IMG/VR virus record: IMGVR_UViG_3300044675_001548
Span: 32,001 to 96,000 of that record
Origin: a virus
Length of the DNA stretch: 64,000 nucleotides
Direction: 5' to 3' (one strand)
In this document: positions 9,730 to 17,466 of the stretch, one piece after another
Position numbering within the stretch: position 1 is the stretch's first letter
Layout of the letters: each line of letters starts with the position of its first letter
The notes under the pieces: generated by a model
The model's input: only the letters and a program-made list of their open reading frames with translations
What the model was told of the DNA's origin: nothing
The model's database searches: none
Translations under genes and position numbers: made by a program

Positions 9730-10013
9730 TTATTTTTTAGAGTTAATACTTTTACTACTGACATAGATGCATTTAATATCTCACCTAATGCATGGTCAAA
9801 AAGCAGGCTTTTCAACGGACCTCTTTCATTCTCATAGTCTTTCTTTAAGATCTCAGCCATCTCAGCTGCTAATAACTTTACTTTAGTTACTGTGGTATCA
9901 TCTAAGTTATCTGGATCTAATCCCATTAACTGATGTCCAAATGGGATGATCTTGTGCTCAAGTACTTCTGGAGCTTGATCTGGTATAGCATATACCGGTT
10001 TCTTTTCACTCAT
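9726..10013 (-). CDS. hypothetical protein (possible Acb2/Tad1-like helical hairpin)
   Basis: 95 aa; TKVKLLAAEMAEIL...DHALGEILNASMSVVK; family guess is weak. Confidence 0.45.
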   Translation of the reverse strand: MSEKKPVYAIPDQAPEVLEHKIIPFGHQLMGLDPDNLDDTTVTKVKLLAAEMAEILKKDYENERGPLKSLLFDHALGEILNASMSVVKVLTLKNK

Positions 10014-10031
10014 ATTGTTGGTTTTAAAAAT

Positions 10032-10331
10032 TTACGCATCATACTTTTGGTTAGTGGTAGTAGAAGATGGTACTTTCTCTACCATAGGAGGATCTTCTGA
10101 CAAGAGTGTAAACTTAATCTTCTCTAAGATACCTATGATATGTGGATTGCCATAAGCACCCTCATTAACTCTTACCTCCAAACCTCCTTCTGTTTCTGTG
10201 ATAGAAACAATCACTGTATCTTTTTCCATATCTAATATTTTTAATAGTTCATCATATACCATCCTAGCCTCTAAGTTAGACCCTGTCTTTTCTGCAACAA
10301 GCAACCATAACTTTTTCTGTTCTAGTGTCAT
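10032..10331 (-). CDS. hypothetical protein
   Basis: 99-aa ORF; TATATTTG upstream at 10355-10362. Confidence 0.6.
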   Translation of the reverse strand: MTLEQKKLWLLVAEKTGSNLEARMVYDELLKILDMEKDTVIVSITETEGGLEVRVNEGAYGNPHIIGILEKIKFTLLSEDPPMVEKVPSSTTTNQKYDA

Positions 10332-10471
10332 CTCATATAATAAACTTGATCTGACAAATATATAAATTTTTTTTGTTTAAACTAAAAACCCCGGAAAATT
10401 TCCAGGGCTTCTAGCAAATCAAATCAATTATGTTTATCATTTAGTAAAATGAACAGTACAAATATAATAAA

Positions 10472-11104
10472 TTATTCTGTATCATAAAACATTCTTTCAG
10501 AATCTTCTGTATTCCATTTTTCATAACCCTCACAATTGTAGTAGTCTTTGTTAACCAGATAGTCAGGTCTCTCAGGAAAAGGCTTAGTAACAAAGCTAGG
10601 TTCAGACCACTTAATCCGGTTGTTAGGTTGTAGTGCTATCTGACCATTGTCCAGGAGAATAATATGGTGACTCTTATGTTCTAGTGCATCTTCAGCCAGA
10701 GACAAGTCTGTGTTCATATCATTACTACCCCAGTTAATAGTAGCATAGTAGTTTCCTTTGTGGAACTTTTTATCTTTCATATAAATTTCCACTGGAGTAT
10801 CATAAAGATATGACAGATGTAGTAGAGTGAAGTTATAGGAAAAACAATTCCATATCTGTAAGTAATGAAACGGCAGATCAGGATCAGGTAGCTTTGGTTC
10901 AGTAAGTAATGCATGGGCTGGTAGCTTATCTCTAAGCACTCCATTGTCTAACAGTACCTGGAACAGTGCAGCTTGTCCCGGCATACACCTAACTGAAATG
11001 ATAACCCCCGGGGTAAATTCTCCTAAACCCTTAGTGTGCTGATACATGTACTCATTCCTAACATATACCTTCAGTGGAAAAAAATTGTGTTCTATATATG
11101 CCAT
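10472..11104 (-). CDS. conserved aquatic-phage hypothetical protein
   Basis: Likely start is MAYIEHNFF at 11104 rather than 11179, since TATCTTTG lies just upstream at 11109-11116; LQIWNCFSY and NGQIALQPNNRI motifs. Confidence 0.7.
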   Translation of the reverse strand: MAYIEHNFFPLKVYVRNEYMYQHTKGLGEFTPGVIISVRCMPGQAALFQVLLDNGVLRDKLPAHALLTEPKLPDPDLPFHYLQIWNCFSYNFTLLHLSYLYDTPVEIYMKDKKFHKGNYYATINWGSNDMNTDLSLAEDALEHKSHHIILLDNGQIALQPNNRIKWSEPSFVTKPFPERPDYLVNKDYYNCEGYEKWNTEDSERMFYDTE

Positions 11105-11430
11105 GTAACAAAGATATAAAAAAATCCCGGACTGTAACACCCGGGACTTCTTACCCAGTCCGTTGACCAGGAAACACATATCTGATTACAAAGATACCAG
11201 ATATTTTGGAATTGCAAATGTTTTATATAAGAGAATGAGGTGATATTGTATATAGTAGGTTGTGGTGGCTCCTACATCATGACACCCCGGGCCCACGCTG
11301 GAGCTGGTGTACCCCCGGCAAATCTGTGGAGAATGATTGAAAATCTGACTGTGAAAAAAGATTTTTTTTACACAGGAAAAAGATCTAGTGTTCTACAAAC
11401 AACTTAGTACTTACATTAAAATTAATTACT

Positions 11431-11586
11431 ATGAAATCAATACTTATGTACTTGTTTGCTACCCTAATGCTAGGGAGCTTCTCTGGATTATTAATGAGCT
11501 TTGGTAAAGATATGGTACAGCATATAGGATTTATGTCCTTATTCTGGGGTTGTATGCTTATGCCAATGCTTGGGAGTGCTGATTAG
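11431..11586 (+). CDS. small membrane protein (51 aa, not in ORF track)
   Basis: MKSILMYLFATLMLGSFSGLLMSFGKDMVQHIGFMSLFWGCMLMPMLGSAD; follows the first motif and ends in a terminator hairpin. Confidence 0.6.
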   Translation: MKSILMYLFATLMLGSFSGLLMSFGKDMVQHIGFMSLFWGCMLMPMLGSAD

Positions 11587-11773
11587 CATTCCCTTTTTTT
11601 CTTGTTGTAACAACTTGTTACTTAGTTTAAAAACTAAAATTTGCTAGCCTGTGTAGTGATAGATCAATCACTACCTATTAGAGAAAGAACCCCGCGGTAT
11701 GCTAGAAGGTTTAAGCCCTTGTTTTTTTTCTTCTTAACATCTTTGTACTCATAGTAAATTAAAATTTATTATT

Positions 11774-11842
11774 ATGATTACTTATGTTATAGTAGATGGT
11801 GTGTTAACCATCAAAGAATACTTAAAGAATGCAAATGCATAA
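11774..11842 (+). CDS. 22-aa micropeptide
   Basis: MITYVIVDGVLTIKEYLKNANA; sole ORF between a motif and the next terminator, TATTATG start context. Confidence 0.45.
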   Translation: MITYVIVDGVLTIKEYLKNANA

Positions 11843-11933
11843 TTTTATTTAGAGAGCCAATAGAGCTCTCTTTTTTTTCTTGTTTAAACATCTTTGTACT
11901 TACCATAAATATTAACCTTTAAAAATTTACGTT

Positions 11934-12236
11934 ATGAACAAGAATTTATCTTTTGGCTATTCTCACTTAGGATTCCACACATTAATTAAGTTAAATGCTA
12001 AGATAACTTCAGCTGCTGCTGAGTTACTTACAAAAACTTATGGTGTATGGACCAATGACAATGGCAAGTTTGGTTACAGAATAGAAGGGTGTTTAACCTC
12101 TGATAAAGTATATGCTTTCAGACAATCTTTATCTCTTGCTATCTTGGATTACAAAATAGAACAACTAGTTTCAAAGAAACTAAATATTCTAGGTGTACCA
12201 AGATATGTAGAGGCAGATTTAGAACAAGTATACTAA
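11934..12236 (+). CDS. early hypothetical protein
   Basis: 100-aa ORF within a cassette unit. Confidence 0.7.
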   Translation: MNKNLSFGYSHLGFHTLIKLNAKITSAAAELLTKTYGVWTNDNGKFGYRIEGCLTSDKVYAFRQSLSLAILDYKIEQLVSKKLNILGVPRYVEADLEQVY

Positions 12237-12306
12237 ATCAGAGAGGGGTAACACCCTTTCTTTTTTCCTGTATAACATCTTAATACTTAAATTAAAATTT
12301 AATATT

Positions 12307-12543
12307 ATGAAAAGAGAGAATCTTAAATGGGCTATTGCATCTGTTGCATTAGCCTTTGGTAGTGGATTATTTATAGGCTTTACCTATACATATCAACCAA
12401 GAGTAGAATCTCCAATGGGCAACAAGATAGAGTATTATCTTGAGCTACAAGGAGACAATGCTATTGTTGAGAGTAGATATGGTAGAGTATATAAATGCCA
12501 TCAAGACAGCATTTCAAGTGTATTAAATAAGGACAACCTGTAA
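12307..12543 (+). CDS. early membrane-anchored protein
   Basis: 78 aa with an N-terminal TM helix; cassette unit. Confidence 0.7.
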   Translation: MKRENLKWAIASVALAFGSGLFIGFTYTYQPRVESPMGNKIEYYLELQGDNAIVESRYGRVYKCHQDSISSVLNKDNL

Positions 12544-12737
12544 TGGGTTGTTCTTTTTTTCATCTTGCTCCGCAGCTTAAGCATCTTTATACTTATATGG
12601 ATAATAATTATTATTATTTAAAACAGCTGTTATGGTTTGGCCTCTACATAACATAAGCTGGTACAAAGCCGCCAACTCCTGTGTAAAAGCAGGAGTTATT
12701 ATTTTTCTTGTTAAACATCTTAATACTTATATTAAAT

Positions 12738-12867
12738 TGTTCTTGTCCAAGCAGGTAAACACAATCAGTTATACTGAGCGTGTGGATACTATACCAAGAT
12801 AATGTTATGTGAAGTACAGTAACATATAGAGATTATCAAACTCAAGGATTGCAACCTTGCAAGAACA
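12738..12867 (+). ncRNA. structured RNA motif A (stem-UCCAAGCAGG...CAAGGAUUGCAACCUUG-stem), copy 1
   Basis: TGTTCTTG/CAAGAACA closing stem; same conserved internal motifs as 15152-15274; no good ORF. Confidence 0.6.
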
Positions 12868-13060
12868 CAACAACTAGTGGGGGCAAACTCTGTGATAGAA
12901 CTTTATAAGTTCTTAGGGTGCCAGTTATTACACGTGTGTAATTAGGGCGGGTGAAGCCACAGGGTGACATCTCTACCAAAGTGAGAGAACACCTTAGCGG
13001 GATGCTAGGGTGTTCATTTTTCTTATTAAACATCTTATAACTTAAGTTAAATTAAATACA

Positions 13061-13177
13061 ATGAATACAATATGTTATATCAGAGAGTGCATCAGGAGAA
13101 AAGAGTTTTATCCTGAATGGCTCATAATAAACATAGCAGTAGATGCTATTGTAGTTTATTTAGCATTGAAATATTAG
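13061..13177 (+). CDS. 38-aa small membrane protein (not in ORF track)
   Basis: MNTICYIRECIRRKEFYPEWLIINIAVDAIVVYLALKY after the motif at 13029; ends in a terminator hairpin. Confidence 0.55.
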   Translation: MNTICYIRECIRRKEFYPEWLIINIAVDAIVVYLALKY

Positions 13178-13215
13178 TTCAATGCTTTTTTTTGTAATCT
13201 TTAAATCTATATTAT

Positions 13216-13404
13216 ATGAAAGCTTTTGGATTATTTAACATGTTTGCATGCTATGCATGTACAATCATGAGTGTTACTAGTGTAGTATATCATACTGCAT
13301 TTAGTAGAGATTATGGTACTGCTGCTATACTAGCTTTAGCAGGAGGTGCTATGTTTATCATAGCAAGAACTCTACACAATGAATGGAGACAAGGGAAGCT
13401 TTAA
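13216..13404 (+). CDS. small two-TM membrane protein
   Basis: 62 aa with two hydrophobic helices. Confidence 0.65.
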   Translation: MKAFGLFNMFACYACTIMSVTSVVYHTAFSRDYGTAAILALAGGAMFIIARTLHNEWRQGKL

Positions 13405-13459
13405 GCTTCTCTTTTTTCTTTAACATCTTTTTACTAGTATTAATTTAAAACTATATATT

Positions 13460-13720
13460 ATGGACAAGAAAATATTGTTAGAACTGAGACGTGAGCTATT
13501 AGACAAAGTAAACAGAAATAGCACTAAAGAAGATTTAGTTGCTCTCATAGAAGAAGTTTCAAAGAAGATGCATCAGTTATACATAGCTGAAAAACTAGAT
13601 GAACAAATTGCTACACTAGAAGTAGAAGGTAAAACCTATAGAGACCTATGTGAGCTATCTGATTTAAGAGCTTCTAGAGCACATCTTCAAGAGGCTATGG
13701 AGAGTAGCACAGGGGAGTAA
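13460..13720 (+). CDS. early helical hypothetical protein
   Basis: 86-aa cassette ORF. Confidence 0.7.
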   Translation: MDKKILLELRRELLDKVNRNSTKEDLVALIEEVSKKMHQLYIAEKLDEQIATLEVEGKTYRDLCELSDLRASRAHLQEAMESSTGE

Positions 13721-13815
13721 TCCCCTTTTTTTTCTTTTCTCATTTTGCTACGCAGCTTATGGATACAAACATCTTTTTACTTAAATGGATTATTAACCAT
13801 TTAAACTTTTAATTT

Positions 13816-14136
13816 ATGTTGTTTACAGAAACAAAAAGTATGGCCGATTTCTGTGCTGAAATTGGTAGTGTTAACCAAGATGGGAAGCCTGTATATGTGC
13901 TCCGAACCAACAATGACAAAAACCATAAGAATTATGGTAAACGTCATATTGTGTTCAGAGATGCCACAAATGCCAAGGCTGCCATTGCCTCTAAGCTTTC
14001 AGCAGAAGAGGTGGCTGACCCTACCAAGTTGCAAGTGTCTTGGTTTGAAGACGCTGCATCAGACAGAGAAGGGTACATGGTACACGGCATAGGTGTTGCG
14101 GCATCCTATGACGAAGTTGAGATTGTTATTGGCTAA
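13816..14136 (+). CDS. early hypothetical protein
   Basis: 106-aa cassette ORF with noticeably higher GC3 than its neighbours. Confidence 0.7.
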   Translation: MLFTETKSMADFCAEIGSVNQDGKPVYVLRTNNDKNHKNYGKRHIVFRDATNAKAAIASKLSAEEVADPTKLQVSWFEDAASDREGYMVHGIGVAASYDEVEIVIG

Positions 14137-14645
14137 CAAGCTCAATGGGATAATACAGGTAACGGGAGTGTTGCCTGTATTATTTTTTGTCTTTTCATTT
14201 TGTTATCACAGCTTATGGAAACATCTTTCTACTGAATTGGGTATTTAACCACAATCCAGTAGAAAAAGGCTTTGGCCTTTGGTCATCAGTCTACGGTCAT
14301 ACAGCCTATTCACAGTTAGTGCATACCGGTCATAGGAGGATACCTGAATTATGTGTAGCAAATGTAATTTTGTGGTAAATATTTTTAGGATAAGTGTGCA
14401 TGAAAGTGGGTGTGAGTAATAAACACTCCATCAATATTTGGTCATGACCTTGGTCACAGAATCAGTCAACAGCCTCATACAATATAGTATATATGGCTAT
14501 TACAATAACCATACTACACACACTCTTAGTCTTACACTTATCATTACTACTACTATATATATTAGTATTAGTTAGTGTTAGACAGCAATATCTTCCGGAA
14601 TTAGTTTTCCGCCACTATATATGATTATTAACCTGATTAAAACTT

Positions 14646-14960
14646 ATGATGATGAACTATCAATTAGAACAACTTAAACAATCTCATAGACCAGAGAATA
14701 AAAGGTTTAATGGTAAACTCAATGAAAGAAGTAGCACATATGAAACTAGAAAAAGAACTAGACCATGGGATAACTGTTGGTTTAGTAATAAACCACATAT
14801 TATTAATCTTACTGTAGAAGAAGCAGTAAATAAGTATCCGGATTATATTCTGTGGTGCTATAAAAACTTAAGTATTAAATGGTCTACACATACAGTAAGA
14901 TTAATTGAAAGTAAGGTTAAAAGACCTGTGTACAATACTACTATTGTTACTATGGGTTAA
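14646..14960 (+). CDS. hypothetical protein
   Basis: 104-aa ORF; TVEEAVNKYPDYILWCY segment. Confidence 0.6.
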   Translation: MMMNYQLEQLKQSHRPENKRFNGKLNERSSTYETRKRTRPWDNCWFSNKPHIINLTVEEAVNKYPDYILWCYKNLSIKWSTHTVRLIESKVKRPVYNTTIVTMG

Positions 14961-14967
14961 TTTATAT

Positions 14968-15716
14968 TACCACAAGGTTTCAGGCATAACCTCTCATTCT
15001 GTAAAGCAGAGGTTGACTTGTGGTTTATTTACTCTCATCCAAGCAGGTATTGTGAGGGTACTAAATTGACTATTAGTCCAAAGGATATTATGTTGAAGCA
15101 TAGATTTGCATTAGACAGCTGACTGATTAAACTAATAGTTAATTTATTATTTACTCTCATCCAATTGCAGGAAGGAATCTTTTCCAACCTTAGAGAAAAG
15201 AGATGACAAAACACTTGACAATAATCCTTATGGTGAGAATAGTAGTGTTCAAGGGTTGCAACCTTGTGAGAGTACAAAGAATGCTTCAGCAATTAATATA
15301 TTATTTAATTGGTTATAAATAAAAAAGCATTCTGCAAATGAAAGGCTACTACAGCAATATTTACTTTATAGGAAATAAGTTAATAGTAGCCTGGTTAATG
15401 CACCATTCCTGATTCCCAAGGTCAGGCAGTTGTGATAACACTAATAACCACTCTTGAAACTAGAGATAAAATAGCTTAGACTAAGGGTTATATACACTTT
15501 CAATGTAGTGTAGTAGTATTATTACAACTGAGTGCAGAGGGGCCAAAAATATTGGTGTGAAGAATACTTCAGCACAAAATCTATAAACTACAATCAGAAC
15601 AAGGTTCTCTTATGAGAACTTAACCAGGGAAGGTGTCTGTGTCTAAGTAATTAGGCAGGTTTTTAGATAGTATTCTGTTATGCACCAAGGACCTGCCTTC
15701 CGAAAGGGGGCAGGTA
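14968..15716 (+). ncRNA. cluster of structured non-coding RNA elements upstream of the DUF2828 gene
   Basis: ~750 nt without a credible + strand ORF; at least seven long-range stems, two motif families with compensatory base changes. Confidence 0.7.
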
Positions 15717-15757
15717 CCTTCCCACAATTAATTAGTAACCAATTAAATTTATATATT

Positions 15758-17143
15758 ATGTCTAGATTAGTCAATGCAACAAGACAGTATGATGCTTCAA
15801 CTGCTAATGGAGCTGTCACACATTCAACTAGTTTGAATTACTGTTTGGATTTGTTTTTCTTAGCAGGGGCAAGTAGAAATATGTCAGAGTCTGATATTAT
15901 ACTTGCTTTTGACCGTGCACGTGGTCAGAATAAGAACTTGGCATACAAGATTCTGTTCTGGGCGCGTGATGCAAGAGGTGGTGCAGGTGAGAAGAGATTC
16001 TTCCAAGTGGTTATGGAACATATTAGTAAGATTGATTCTTATGATTATGATCAATTAGCCATACATATACCTGAGTTTGGGTATTGGAAGGATGTATTCA
16101 AGATTGAAAAACCAAATGAGAACAATCTCAATTGGTTGGCTATTCAACTTGAAGAATCACCTAATGCTAACCTCTTAGCTAAATGGTTTCCGAGAAAAGG
16201 TCAGTGGTTTTCAGCCATGCACAAGTATCTTAAACTAACTCCAAAAGAGTTTAGAAAGAAAATTGTGGGTATGACCAAAGTAGTGGAAACTCAAATGTGT
16301 GCCAATGAATGGGATTTGATCAATTATGGTCAAGTGCCTTCAGTTGCTATGAACAAGCATAGACAAGCATTCTTTAACCGTGATGGTAAAAGATATGCAG
16401 AGTATATTGCTGATGTTCAGGCTGGTAAGCAGAAGATCAATGCTTCAGTATTATTTCCTCACCAACTGTATCAAGCAGTTTGCAATGGGGAGTATATTGA
16501 TGCTGTAGAAGCTCAGTGGGATGCTTTGCCTGATTACATGGCTGGTAGCACAGAAAGGATTATTCCTGTATGTGATGTCAGTGGTAGTATGACAGGGCTT
16601 CCTATGGATGTATCTATTTCTTTGGGGATTTATATCTCTGAAAGAAACCAAGGTATATTCAAGGATGCATTCATAACTTTCTCAGAGAGACCTGAGATGA
16701 ATTACTTAAAAGGTAGTTTGTCTGAGAGAATGAGACAGTTGATAAATGCTAGCTGGGGTTATTCTACAGATCTTCAAGCCACATTTGACTTGATTCTTAA
16801 CAGTGCTGTTAGAGAATCATTACCAGAGTCTGAGATGCCTACTAAAATTCTTATCATTAGTGATATGGAATTTAATAGTGCATGTCAAGGTGTTAGCAAC
16901 CTAGATTCTATTAGGGCAAAGTATTCTGATGCAGGATACAAAATGCCTGAAATAGTATTTTGGAATGTTAACGGTAGACTTGGTAATGTTCCTGCATCTA
17001 GTAAAGATTCAGGCATTGGCTTGGTATCAGGCTTCAGTCCTTCAATTTTGAAGGCAGTATTGCAAGGTGAGATTTATTCTCCTGAGCAATTGATGCTTGA
17101 TGCTGTGGACACTGCACGGTATTCCTGTATTGGAGTTGAATAA
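15758..17143 (+). CDS. DUF2828-family protein (TROVE/Ro60-like helical ring plus C-terminal vWA domain)
   Basis: FWARDARGGAGEK, GYWKD, AKWFPRK, VPSVAM, INASVLFPHQ; vWA MIDAS VCDVSGSM and ILIISDMEF; probable start MSRLVN at 15758 (TATTATG). Confidence 0.8.
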   Translation: MSRLVNATRQYDASTANGAVTHSTSLNYCLDLFFLAGASRNMSESDIILAFDRARGQNKNLAYKILFWARDARGGAGEKRFFQVVMEHISKIDSYDYDQLAIHIPEFGYWKDVFKIEKPNENNLNWLAIQLEESPNANLLAKWFPRKGQWFSAMHKYLKLTPKEFRKKIVGMTKVVETQMCANEWDLINYGQVPSVAMNKHRQAFFNRDGKRYAEYIADVQAGKQKINASVLFPHQLYQAVCNGEYIDAVEAQWDALPDYMAGSTERIIPVCDVSGSMTGLPMDVSISLGIYISERNQGIFKDAFITFSERPEMNYLKGSLSERMRQLINASWGYSTDLQATFDLILNSAVRESLPESEMPTKILIISDMEFNSACQGVSNLDSIRAKYSDAGYKMPEIVFWNVNGRLGNVPASSKDSGIGLVSGFSPSILKAVLQGEIYSPEQLMLDAVDTARYSCIGVE

Positions 17144-17219
17144 GATTCGGAGGTTGGTGACACCTTGGCAACAGAAGTCACCATTTTTCTTTATTTAGTA
17201 ACTTATAAAAACAAAAAAT

Positions 17220-17450
17220 ATGAATGCAACTATGATTAACAACAGAGAGTTTGTAGAAACTCAACACTACTTTAGCTCACAAATCAACAGTAAGCTAATT
17301 AGGGCAACAGAGAAGTATTATGGTATTCCATTAAATACTTCTGAAAAACTAGCTTTAACTTCCATGGAGTTAAATGATAAGATATGGTTACTTCAAGAGT
17401 ATGAGAAAGAGGAAACATATCCACCTGCAGATTTGGATAATATTTATTAA
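17220..17450 (+). CDS. hypothetical protein
   Basis: 76-aa ORF. Confidence 0.6.
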   Translation: MNATMINNREFVETQHYFSSQINSKLIRATEKYYGIPLNTSEKLALTSMELNDKIWLLQEYEKEETYPPADLDNIY

Positions 17451-17466
17451 TTAATTAACTTACAGT

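Larger units (their letters stand above)
11398..14235 (+). repeat. array of 11 AACAWCTT-nn-TACT motifs, 10 of them directly downstream of a terminator hairpin and T-tract; putative phage early promoters
   Basis: cores at 11398, 11609, 11736, 11887, 12274, 12580 (AGCATCTT), 12714, 13029 (TAACT), 13422, 13768 and 14220; all same strand, intergenic, upstream of A/T-rich leaders. Confidence 0.8.

Noticed and set aside
11398-14235. CRISPR array interpretation of the repeated motif
   Set aside because: The repeat core is short and degenerate, spacing is irregular (130-450 bp), the intervals hold ORFs and terminators, and there are no cas genes.
15035-15292. 85-aa minus-strand ORF in the RNA cluster
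   Set aside because: It runs against the local transcription direction with atypical composition; the covarying + strand stems explain the region better.
12738-15716. Canonical tRNA genes
   Set aside because: No full cloverleaf with a GTTCRANYC T-loop was found; only anticodon-like or CCA-like fragments.
15680-15757. ORF-track start at 15680 for DUF2828
   Set aside because: It overlaps a strong RNA hairpin and lacks the usual A/T-rich context; 15758 (TATTATG) is preferred.
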